Source of the DNA: Candidatus Brocadiia bacterium JP1
GTDB lineage: Bacteria > Planctomycetota > Brocadiia > Brocadiales > Bathyanammoxibiaceae
Assembly: GCA_051388875.1 (NCBI GenBank)
Contig: JBMFFR010000002.1
Span: 218,981-282,980, forward strand
Direction of reading: 5' to 3'
DNA length: 64,000 nucleotides
The notes below the pieces were generated by a model. That model made no database searches. It saw only the letters and a program-made list of their open reading frames with translations, and had not been told where the DNA came from. The position numbers and the translations under genes were made by a program. Shown here piece after piece: positions 9,501 through 17,906 of this stretch (the first letter of the stretch is position 1; each line of letters begins with the position of its first letter).

Positions 9501-9515
9501 CTACAGCTTAATTCC

Positions 9516-10151
9516 TCATTTTGTGCGAAACCAGTAGTAAAACATAATGAGCGCAGCAATCAAAGCAAGAAAGCCAAAAATATCAAACACAGTGTTACCT
9601 TTTAAAGGAGAAAGATCAAGACAAGCCATAATTGGAATGATATCTCCGGGATGGATATCAAACCAAGTTAATAGGGCAACAATCGCAGCCAGTGCTACGA
9701 GAACTTTAGACAAGGTTAAAGCGGGGGTCTCTTTGGCCTTCCCCTCTCCCTCAAATTCACTTACCAGTCTAACTAGGTATTCTTTTATATCTTCAGGCAG
9801 AAGGGGATTGGCCCTTTCTAGTTCCTTGCAGACCATCTCAAATATCTTTTTAGTTGTATATTTGCTGAGAGGGTATTTTTTGACAATGTATTCAATAAAT
9901 CTCTCTATATCTTCTTTTGTCTCAATAGGAGTATGTCCACCAATACTGTAAACCACTTCTGGTAATGGCATTCTTTCTGATTTTGGAAAGTAATCCGGGT
10001 CTTCCAGGGCCTTTTCCATTTCCTCATAACTACAAACATTTATCTTCTGTAAGCTAGGTATCTTTGGTATCTTTGGTATCTTTGGGAAGGATTTATGCTC
10101 AAGTTTTTTTGCGATACTTTCCAGGATAAGATTTAAAATCTCGTATGACAT
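9516..10151 (-). CDS. Hypothetical protein with a C-terminal membrane anchor and a (PKI)3 repeat
   Basis: 211-aa ORF. 'PKIPKIPKIP' is encoded by a 9-bp x3 tandem repeat, and two hydrophobic helices lie at the C-terminus. Confidence 0.5.
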   Translation of the reverse strand: MSYEILNLILESIAKKLEHKSFPKIPKIPKIPSLQKINVCSYEEMEKALEDPDYFPKSERMPLPEVVYSIGGHTPIETKEDIERFIEYIVKKYPLSKYTTKKIFEMVCKELERANPLLPEDIKEYLVRLVSEFEGEGKAKETPALTLSKVLVALAAIVALLTWFDIHPGDIIPIMACLDLSPLKGNTVFDIFGFLALIAALIMFYYWFRTK

Positions 10152-10170
10152 ATGCTACTCTCCTTTCCAT

Positions 10171-10524
10171 TTACTCTTTTTCTGGAACCAAGTTGATATG
10201 GACTTGGTTTGTGGAAAGTTCATAGGCAGCACCAGATGACCTATCCCATAGCTGTCTCAGGAGGCCACCTTCGTAGACGTCAAGACCACCAATGAGTTTG
10301 CTGGTTAAGGTAGTGCTGGCTTCTTGATAACCAGGTTTCTTTATCTTGACCAAATAGCTCCCTTTTCTGTCGAGGTCAAGCAGTATAGGAGTCGCACCCT
10401 TAAACTCGCCATTGACATAGACCTCTGCCTCAGAAGGATTAGAGGAAATACCTACGGTCTGTATCCCGCTCTGTAAGGCACTGGCACAACCAGCGAGTGA
10501 GAAACAAAATATCAAGTATAACAT
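10171..10524 (-). CDS. PEGA domain lipoprotein
   Basis: Lipobox 'LAGC' and 'SNPSEAEVYVNGEFKGATPILLDL', typical of a PEGA domain. Confidence 0.7.
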   Translation of the reverse strand: MLYLIFCFSLAGCASALQSGIQTVGISSNPSEAEVYVNGEFKGATPILLDLDRKGSYLVKIKKPGYQEASTTLTSKLIGGLDVYEGGLLRQLWDRSSGAAYELSTNQVHINLVPEKE

Positions 10525-10993
10525 GCCTCACTCCTTTTAGTCGTCTCCATTTCATTTATTCCTAGGTACTTGAAATTTGAGGGGAAGTAAGATTAGACGT
10601 GTATTAACCTTACATGGGCCAGGATGATAAAAGTCCTACAGAGCTTCTTCCTGGTCTCCCCTTTTTATATGCTACCTATTATATACTAAGTCTTTTAAAA
10701 GGCCAAAAAGTCTCAAAAAGCCTATTTTTAAAAATTTTTGTTCTTAACTACCCCCAAATCAGGAGGCACTGCTACGGGGGATTATATTTGTGTTGCTAGG
10801 GGGGGGCTTCCGGGGGTGGTACCCCCTTGCTAGCCCAAATTGTTTCCTTTGCCATGATTACGCATGCTTTCTGAAAAACATTGACACGGGAAAGGGTTCA
10901 AGGTAGGATGTCAAAATCTAGGACACCTACCCTGATAGGCTAGGGAGACTAAAGGCCGTCAAGCCGTCTCCCTCCCCACCTTCAGTTCAAACG

Positions 10994-11218
10994 TTAAAAT
11001 TTATCTTTATCCTTAGTTATAAAAACTGGGATACCACTATCAAAGGGCCCCATATCAAAACTATTGATATTAACCGAGCGTCCACCTACCGAAGCTATAT
11101 TAACGTCTATCTCCCTTTGATTTGCAGTAACACTGTTAGTAGTAAAAAACGGCTTCACTAGATGTAGAGCCAATAATATAGCTATTACAGTTAGGACAAA
11201 ATTAGTATATTTATTCAT
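10994..11218 (-). CDS. Small hypothetical protein with an N-terminal TM anchor
   Basis: 74-aa ORF with one hydrophobic helix. No homology recognised, so coding status is uncertain. Confidence 0.35.
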   Translation of the reverse strand: MNKYTNFVLTVIAILLALHLVKPFFTTNSVTANQREIDVNIASVGGRSVNINSFDMGPFDSGIPVFITKDKDKF

Positions 11219-11419
11219 TTCACCCTCCTCTGTGGAATGTCATCTTCTTTATAATCCACCGTCAAAACTCCCCTTTCCTGGAGACATAAAGGCCACCAAG
11301 CCGTCTCCCTCTCCGCCTTTCTCAGAGATGTAGGTGCACCTACACGTACCCTACTCCTTCTTTGTTTTTTTTCATGTAAACAATACAAAATTTTACAACT
11401 GCCGAGTATAATAAGCAAT

Positions 11420-12337
11420 ATGCGCGAAAGAGACTACATAAGATACCTGAGGAAGTTTAAGGACAAGCCCAAGGAGGTCGTGGTAGGCATCGGCGATGAT
11501 GCCGCCGTAATAAAATTGCCCAGAGAGGACCTGTATGTGCTGACCACTGATATGGTTCTTGAGGGGACGCACTTCCGCTTTGAAGAGTGTTCCATCGCTG
11601 ACGTTGGCAGAAAGGCGATGGCCTGTAATATAAGCGATGTGGCGGCCATGGGCTGTAGGGCCGTGCTAGCCCTGGTGGCTATATCCTTCCCCACCTCCAC
11701 CAGGATGGGTCTTGCCAAGAGGCTCTTTGAGTCAATGAGGAAAACAGCCCTTGAGTACGGGGTTCATATAATTGGTGGTGATACTATAAGTGGTAAGGCC
11801 CCCTTGAACATATGTATAACCCTTTTGGGGAGGTCTGAGGGTCTTCGTCCTGTAACACGCTCCGGGGCCAGACCGGGTGACGCTATTCTTGTAACTGGCA
11901 CATTAGGTGGCTCTATTCTGGGTAAGCATTTCTCCTTCCAGCCCAGGATGAAAGAGGCGCTCTATCTCAACAAAAATTATCGCCTCCATTCCATGATTGA
12001 TATAAGTGATGGGTTATCACTTGACCTGGCTCATATACTGGAGGAAAGTAAGGTAGGGGCAGTGCTTTACGAGGAGAAAATGCCTGTCTCTGAAGATGCA
12101 CTTATAGTATCTAGAACGACCGGCCTCTCCCCCCTCCACCATGCCCTGACGGATGGGGAAGACTACGAGCTACTATTTACCCTAGGGGCTAGGGAGGCTG
12201 AAAGGCTTTTGGAGAAAAATGCACTGGGAGTCCCTATCACCCTGATAGGTCACATACGCAGGGAAAAAGGGCTATTTCTTCAATTAAGGGATGGAAAACT
12301 TAAAAGGATAAGACCGCAAGGGTATGAGCACTACTAG
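11420..12337 (+). CDS. thiL: Thiamine-monophosphate kinase
   Basis: 'GIGDDAAVI', 'TTDMVLEGTHF' and 'NISDVAAMG' are AIR-synthase-fold ThiL motifs. Confidence 0.92.
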   Translation: MRERDYIRYLRKFKDKPKEVVVGIGDDAAVIKLPREDLYVLTTDMVLEGTHFRFEECSIADVGRKAMACNISDVAAMGCRAVLALVAISFPTSTRMGLAKRLFESMRKTALEYGVHIIGGDTISGKAPLNICITLLGRSEGLRPVTRSGARPGDAILVTGTLGGSILGKHFSFQPRMKEALYLNKNYRLHSMIDISDGLSLDLAHILEESKVGAVLYEEKMPVSEDALIVSRTTGLSPLHHALTDGEDYELLFTLGAREAERLLEKNALGVPITLIGHIRREKGLFLQLRDGKLKRIRPQGYEHY

Positions 12338-12821
12338 CAAACCTGTGCATTGTATCACCATGACCACCCATAGCCCCGAAGAGACTATGGCACTGGGTAA
12401 AGCAATAGGGGAGTATTTAGGGCCGGGGCAGGTGATTGCCCTTTTTGGTAGTTTGGGCTCGGGTAAGACTACTCTGGTGAAAGGGATAGCCCTGGGCATG
12501 GGTGTAGACCCCAAAGTGGTGCGTAGTGCTAGCTTTTTGCTCATGCAAGAATATCGTGGGAGATTGCCCATATATCACTTTGATGCCTATCGCATGGAGA
12601 GTGCAGCGGATATGTTTCAGCTGGGCTGTGACGAATGTTTCTGGGGGGAGGGTGTCTCTATCGTTGAATGGGCTGATAGGGTGGAGGAGTCCCTGCCGGA
12701 CGAATACATCAAAATCTCCTGTTTTATAGAAGACCCCACCAGCAGGCGCATAGAGGTAAGTTGTGTGGGGGAAAAGCACAGAGGAGTGTTGAAAAATCTT
12801 TTAGCTAAGAGAGAAGTGTAA
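12324..12821 (+). CDS. tsaE: tRNA t6A37 biosynthesis ATPase TsaE
   Basis: P-loop 'GSLGSGKTTLVKGIA' and 'HFDAYR'. It overlaps the thiL stop. Confidence 0.9.
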   Translation: MSTTSKPVHCITMTTHSPEETMALGKAIGEYLGPGQVIALFGSLGSGKTTLVKGIALGMGVDPKVVRSASFLLMQEYRGRLPIYHFDAYRMESAADMFQLGCDECFWGEGVSIVEWADRVEESLPDEYIKISCFIEDPTSRRIEVSCVGEKHRGVLKNLLAKREV

Positions 12822-14524
12822 TGGAGTTAAAGACCTCAAAGATACACCTTTTGGATCCGCTAGTGGCGGGTAAGATTGCCGCTGGGGAGGTCATAGAACG
12901 CCCGGCATCGGTGGTTAAAGAATTGGTAGAAAATTCCATAGACGCTGGTGCAACAAGAATAGATGTGGAACTTGTGGAATCTGGTAGAAACTTGATTAAA
13001 GTAGTGGATAATGGAGTGGGAATGACGCCCGATGACATTTCCATGCTCTTCTTAAAACATGCCACCAGTAAGATTTCCAACCTTGAAGACCTTGAGGACA
13101 TAAACACATTGGGGTTCCGTGGGGAGGCGCTATCCAGTATTGGACTGGTCTCTCACACCAGGGTCGTCTCATGCAGCAGGGGGGAGACGGCTGGTGCTGA
13201 AATAGAGGTAAGGGGTGGTAAAAAGGGCGAGGTCAAATACCTTGGGTCTCCGGAGGGCACACTGGTAGAGGTCAGGGAGTTGTTTTTCAATGTTCCCGCC
13301 AGAAGAAAATTTTTAAGGGCCGTCCCTGTGGAAATGGCTACTATATCAGAGGTACTCACCCGAATGGCCCTGTCTCACCCGGAGATTCATTTCACCTTAA
13401 CACATAACCAAAGAGAGGTCTTTAACTTACCACCTGCTTCTACCTTAAAAGAAAGGATTGCCTCCTTTTTTGGACAAGACTTCGCAAAAGAACTCCTGTT
13501 TGTAAATTCCAGGGAGCCTGCCCTTGAGGTGTCTGGTTACATAAAGCCACCAGCCCAAAACTATGGTAATGCTAAATTGCAATACACCTTTCTTAACAGC
13601 AGGTATATCAAGGAGGCCAACATCTCTCATGCCATACAGGAGTCCTATCGCAATTTGCTTCCACCCGGCAGACAGCCTATAGTCTTTTTATTTTTACGAT
13701 GTAATCCAAACCTTGTGGATGTTAACGTGCATCCTTCAAAGCTAGAAGCCCGGTTCCGTGAGCCCGCAAAGGTGCATGGGCAGGTCCTTCAATCCATTAA
13801 AAAGACTCTGGGTTCTATACAACATACACCAATTACCCTTCCTGTCCCAGTCCCTCAAACAGGAGGGGACTTCCCTGGCGGCTTGCCTACCACGTTAATA
13901 CAAACCATACAGGCGCCACAAGAGGTAGCAAAAAGTACGCCACAAAGGTCTCTCTCTGGCCCATATATCCAGGTACACCAGAGCTATATAGTAGAAGAGA
14001 TCCAGGGAGGACTTAATATAATTGACCAGCACGCCCTTCACGAAATCCTGCTTTACCAAGGACTTAAGCAAAAAATCATGGAAGATACTCTTCCAGTGCA
14101 GAGACTCCTAATTCCTGAGCTAGTAGAGCTAAATCCCAATGACTTCCTTAGCCTAATGGGTCTGCAAGAAAGCTTATGCAAGGCAGGGGTGGAAATTGAA
14201 GAATTCGGCAAAAATACTATCATTGTACGTAGCCTACCTCAAGTGCTGAAAGACCTTGAAATTAAAGAATTTATCAAGGATTTACTGGGGAGATTAAAGG
14301 AAGAAGTAGAAGGCGAACATATTCTGGATAAGGTGTTAAAAGCCATGGCTTGCAAGGGGGCAATAAAATCAGGACAAAGGTTGAATCCACAGGAGATACA
14401 GGCCCTTCTTATAAACAGGGAAAGCTCACCAGTGGTTTCACACTGTCCTCATGGCAGACCCACCACACTATTTATATCCACAGAAGAACTAAATAAACAC
14501 TTTAAGAAAAGAACAAACCAATAA
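12821..14524 (+). CDS. mutL: DNA mismatch repair protein MutL (endonuclease type)
   Basis: GHKL ATPase 'AAGEVIERPASVVKELVENSIDAG', plus the C-terminal motifs 'DQHALHE', 'ACKGAIK' and 'CPHGRP'. Confidence 0.95.
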   Translation: MELKTSKIHLLDPLVAGKIAAGEVIERPASVVKELVENSIDAGATRIDVELVESGRNLIKVVDNGVGMTPDDISMLFLKHATSKISNLEDLEDINTLGFRGEALSSIGLVSHTRVVSCSRGETAGAEIEVRGGKKGEVKYLGSPEGTLVEVRELFFNVPARRKFLRAVPVEMATISEVLTRMALSHPEIHFTLTHNQREVFNLPPASTLKERIASFFGQDFAKELLFVNSREPALEVSGYIKPPAQNYGNAKLQYTFLNSRYIKEANISHAIQESYRNLLPPGRQPIVFLFLRCNPNLVDVNVHPSKLEARFREPAKVHGQVLQSIKKTLGSIQHTPITLPVPVPQTGGDFPGGLPTTLIQTIQAPQEVAKSTPQRSLSGPYIQVHQSYIVEEIQGGLNIIDQHALHEILLYQGLKQKIMEDTLPVQRLLIPELVELNPNDFLSLMGLQESLCKAGVEIEEFGKNTIIVRSLPQVLKDLEIKEFIKDLLGRLKEEVEGEHILDKVLKAMACKGAIKSGQRLNPQEIQALLINRESSPVVSHCPHGRPTTLFISTEELNKHFKKRTNQ

Positions 14525-14591
14525 ATCTTGACTTTTGTTAGATTTATTGATAGCATTATTTCTATAAAAGGCCAACTTACGAGAGGAAAGC

Positions 14592-14957
14592 ATGTATGAA
14601 TTAATTGTAGAGGCCGATTTTGCTGCCGCACATTCCCTAAGGGGCTATCAGGGAAACTGCGAAAATCTCCACGGACATAATTGGAAGGTGCAAGTCATAC
14701 TAAAGGCAGAGGCCCTTAACGAACTTGGGATGGTTATGGACTTCAGAGAGGTAAAAGACACCGTGGGGGAAGTACTGAAGGGTTTTGACCACAAGCACTT
14801 AAACGAATTAGAGTTGTTCAGAGAAGAAAATCCGACTACGGAAAATTTGGCAAAGCTTCTTTATCAAGCGCTTTCACGTAAATTACCTCAAAAGGTCTTG
14901 GTAAGTAAAGTAATTACATGGGAATCTTCACGTTGTGGTGCTAGTTATTCTGTTTAG
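14592..14957 (+). CDS. queD: 6-carboxy-5,6,7,8-tetrahydropterin synthase (PTPS family)
   Basis: 'FAAAHSL..Y.GNCENLHGHNWKV' carries the Cys-x3-His-Gly-His zinc/catalytic motif; 121 aa. Confidence 0.88.
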   Translation: MYELIVEADFAAAHSLRGYQGNCENLHGHNWKVQVILKAEALNELGMVMDFREVKDTVGEVLKGFDHKHLNELELFREENPTTENLAKLLYQALSRKLPQKVLVSKVITWESSRCGASYSV

Positions 14958-14971
14958 CTCTTTTAAAATTC

Positions 14972-16270
14972 ATGCCTAAAATGGGGCCAATACTGCAAGT
15001 TGCCCTTGATTTTGTAGACCTCCACAGAGCTATGAAGGTGGCAGGAGAAGCACTGGAGGGAGGGGCAGACTGGCTAGAGGCAGGCACACCCCTCATCAAG
15101 AGTGAAGGTCTTAATGCTGTAAGAAGGTTGCACGAGTCTTTCCCGTCTGTGCCGATTGTGGCCGACATGAAGATTATGGATGCTGGCCGGCTGGAGGTGG
15201 AGGTCGCCTCAAAAGCAGGGGCGAAGTGTACAATTGTCCTTGGTGCTGCCTCAGATTCTACCATTAAGGAGTGCATAGCAGCCGGACGCAATTACGGCAT
15301 AAATATAGGGGTAGACCTACTAGGGGTCAAGGACTACGTCAACCGTGCAAAGGAGGTAGAGAGTTGGGGTGCGAGCTACCTCAATATTCATATCTCTATA
15401 GATGACCAAATGAAGGGGTTAAACCCCTTCGGAAGACTTCAGGAGGTCGCCAGCCAGGTGAGAATACCAGTGGCGGTAGCTGGTGGAATAAACTCCGAAA
15501 ATGCACCGGAGGCTGTAAAGGCAGGCGCACAAATAATAATTGTGGGTGGTGCTATTACAAAGGCATCCGACGCAAAAAAGGCTACTCAGGAGATAAAAAA
15601 GGCCATCCGAACGGGGCAGCCCATCTCAACCGAGCTATATAAAAGGGTGTCTGGAAACGGTATAAAAGAGGCCCTACAAAAGGTCTCTACCAGTAACGTT
15701 TCGGATGGGGATCACAGGGCTGCTGGTCTATGGGGGTTACAGTTCATAACGCCCGGCTTAAAGATGGTCGGTAGGGTTCTAACGGTACGGTGTTATCCCG
15801 GGGATTGGGCCAAACCAGTGGAGGCCATTGACGCTGCCCAGCCAGGGGAGATATTGGTTATAGATGCTGGTGGTGTAGGTCCTGCTGTCTGGGGAGAGCT
15901 AGCTACGCACAGTGCTATACAAAAGGGACTGGCTGGGGTAGTAGTCAACGGTGCCATAAGAGATACTCAAGAGATTAGAAAGTTAAACTTTCCAGCTTTT
16001 GCAAGACTGGTAATGCCCAACGCAGGTGAACCTAAGGGATTGGGTGAGATAGGCGTATCGGTAAGCATATCGGGGATTAATATCAGCACAGGTGACTGGA
16101 TAATAGGGGATGACGATGGCATAATGACAATTCCCAGACAAGAGGCGGAAGAAAAAGTTAACAGGGCAATGGACTGGTTAGAAAAGGAAAACCGCATAAG
16201 AGCCGAAATACAAAATGGAAAAAAATCTTTGGCAGAGGTAATAGATTTGCTAAAATGGGAGAAGAGATAA
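14972..16270 (+). CDS. Fusion protein: 3-hexulose-6-phosphate synthase-like (OMPDC/HUMPS family) N-domain plus RraA-like (RraA/HMG aldolase family) C-domain
   Basis: The N-terminal half has 'LQVALDFVDL...LEAGTPLIK...VADMKIMDAG...GGAI'. The C-terminal half has 'VIDAGG...AVWGELATHSAIQKGLAGVVVNGAIRD'. Confidence 0.8.
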   Translation: MPKMGPILQVALDFVDLHRAMKVAGEALEGGADWLEAGTPLIKSEGLNAVRRLHESFPSVPIVADMKIMDAGRLEVEVASKAGAKCTIVLGAASDSTIKECIAAGRNYGINIGVDLLGVKDYVNRAKEVESWGASYLNIHISIDDQMKGLNPFGRLQEVASQVRIPVAVAGGINSENAPEAVKAGAQIIIVGGAITKASDAKKATQEIKKAIRTGQPISTELYKRVSGNGIKEALQKVSTSNVSDGDHRAAGLWGLQFITPGLKMVGRVLTVRCYPGDWAKPVEAIDAAQPGEILVIDAGGVGPAVWGELATHSAIQKGLAGVVVNGAIRDTQEIRKLNFPAFARLVMPNAGEPKGLGEIGVSVSISGINISTGDWIIGDDDGIMTIPRQEAEEKVNRAMDWLEKENRIRAEIQNGKKSLAEVIDLLKWEKR

Positions 16271-16344
16271 GAAAGCAGTTAATTTATTACAGAAGCTATA
16301 GTAGAACATTAAGAATAGAAAACTGAGAAAAATAAGGACTAATT

Positions 16345-16869
16345 ATGAGATGCGAATCTTGTAATAAAAGACACGCGACAGTACATCTAACGGAGATAAG
16401 TGGTAACGAGAAGCGGGAGCGCCACCTTTGTGAGGAATGCGCTCAGAGCTTAAACAATCCTTTAGTAAAGATGCCTACCCCATCAGATATACTTTCCAGC
16501 CTTATCAACCAGGTAGCACCCGAGATAGGGGAGATGTCAAAGACAGCATGCCCAGCCTGTGGGTTATCCTATCTGGAATTCCGTTCCCAGGGGAGGCTTG
16601 GATGCCCGATGGACTATACTGCCTTCAAGAAAGGGCTTACACCCTTACTAGATAGGATGCACGGGGCCTCACAACACATTGGTAAAGTGCCAAGTCGTGC
16701 TGGTAAAGAACTCGTAATAAAGAATGAGATACTCCAGTTAAGAAAAGAACTAGATAAGGCAGTAGAGAAGGAAGATTATGAAAAGGCGGCAAAGATACGT
16801 GACCGTATCTTTGAACTTTCCGCCAGTGAAGATAAAAGAGATGAGGGAACTTTACAACAAGATAGGTGA
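16345..16869 (+). CDS. mcsA: McsA-like protein arginine kinase activator (UvrB/UvrC motif protein)
   Basis: N-terminal Cys pairs 'CESCN...CEECA' and 'CPACG', with a C-terminal UVR motif 'EDYEKAAKIRDRI'. It sits directly upstream of mcsB. Confidence 0.8.
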   Translation: MRCESCNKRHATVHLTEISGNEKRERHLCEECAQSLNNPLVKMPTPSDILSSLINQVAPEIGEMSKTACPACGLSYLEFRSQGRLGCPMDYTAFKKGLTPLLDRMHGASQHIGKVPSRAGKELVIKNEILQLRKELDKAVEKEDYEKAAKIRDRIFELSASEDKRDEGTLQQDR

Positions 16870-17890
16870 GTGGCTCAAGGGTACCGGTCCTGAAGCAGAT
16901 ATAGTAATTAGCACCAGGATCCGTCTCGCAAGGAATCTTGCTACTTTTCCCTTTTTAACCCGAGCCAACGAAGGACAGAAAAAAGAGATAGAAAAGCTCA
17001 TCAGGGAGAAGCTCAGAGATACCACCCTTACCCAGGATCTCCATTATTTAAGGCTCTCGGAGCTCAGTCCGGTAGATAGGCTCTTCCTTATGGAAAGGAG
17101 ACTTATTAGCCGTGAGCATGCCGGTGGTGATGGAGAAAGGGCAGTAGCCTTCGGTAAGTCAGAAACAATTAGTGTAATGATTAATGAAGAAGACCACCTG
17201 AGAATCCAGGTAATCCGCTCAGGTTTTGAGCTAAGGGATGCGTGGAAGACTATAGACGAGATGGACACTATTTTAGAGGAAAAACTCCATTACGCCTTTT
17301 CCCCGCGGTTTGGTTATCTGACGGCCTGTCCTACCAATGTTGGGACTGGCATGCGGGCCTCTGTAATGATGCATCTGCCAGCACTTGTACTTACCCATCA
17401 TATAGAAAAGGTTTTCAACGCAGTAGGAAAACTGGGACTTATAGTAAGGGGGATTTATGGAGAAGGCACCCAGGCTCTGGGAGACCTTTTTCAGATATCC
17501 AACCAATTCACCCTTGGCAAGACCGAAGTGGAGATAGTGGAAATAATGGAGAGTGTGGTCCCCCGTATTGCTGAGTACGAACGCATGGCCAGAAAGGCAC
17601 TCCTTACAGAAAACAAAGACCAGCTAGAAGACAGGGTATGGCGCTCCTACGGTATGCTAAAGGTGGCCAGGATGTTATCCTCGGAAGAGACCATGCATCT
17701 ACTATCTCAGGTAAGGATGGGGGTAAATCTTGGGCTGATAAACGATGTCTCTATGCAGACACTTAATGAACTATTTATCCTTACCCTCCCGGGTCATCTC
17801 CAGAAACTAGAGGGCAAGGAGTTGGAAGCCAACGAAAGGAATTTGATAAGGGCTTCTTATATAAGAAAACGTCTCGGAGAGTTTCAATAA
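16841..17890 (+). CDS. mcsB: Protein arginine kinase McsB (ATP:guanido phosphotransferase)
   Basis: 'VISTRIRLARNL', 'NEEDHLRIQ' and 'CPTNVGTGMRASVMMHLPAL'. The start was placed at ATG 16841, where homology begins. Confidence 0.9.
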   Translation: MRELYNKIGEWLKGTGPEADIVISTRIRLARNLATFPFLTRANEGQKKEIEKLIREKLRDTTLTQDLHYLRLSELSPVDRLFLMERRLISREHAGGDGERAVAFGKSETISVMINEEDHLRIQVIRSGFELRDAWKTIDEMDTILEEKLHYAFSPRFGYLTACPTNVGTGMRASVMMHLPALVLTHHIEKVFNAVGKLGLIVRGIYGEGTQALGDLFQISNQFTLGKTEVEIVEIMESVVPRIAEYERMARKALLTENKDQLEDRVWRSYGMLKVARMLSSEETMHLLSQVRMGVNLGLINDVSMQTLNELFILTLPGHLQKLEGKELEANERNLIRASYIRKRLGEFQ

Positions 17891-17906
17891 GAAGGAAGGT
17901 TTGAGC

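Noticed and set aside
10881-10909. Sigma70-like promoter TTGACA-17 nt-TAGGAT on the plus strand
   Set aside because: The spacing is good, but no plus-strand gene follows for ~500 bp, so it would only drive antisense to the 74-aa ORF. That is too weak to call without TSS data.
11215-11418. 67-aa ORF on the minus strand upstream of thiL
   Set aside because: It covers the hairpin repeat and the thiL promoter region, has a basic low-complexity product and no RBS. It is likely spurious.
14525-14591. Riboswitches: preQ1 before queD, TPP before thiL (11219-11419), cobalamin before 62505
   Set aside because: None of the conserved cores I know (preQ1 loop, THI-box CUGAGA, B12-box GCCACUG) is visible in these leaders. 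An Infernal scan would be the decisive test.
16778-16840. Upstream extension of mcsB and the TTG start of clpC at 17901
   Set aside because: Homology to McsB and ClpC begins at ATG 16841 and ATG 17907 respectively. The extensions overlap the upstream gene or add non-conserved residues.
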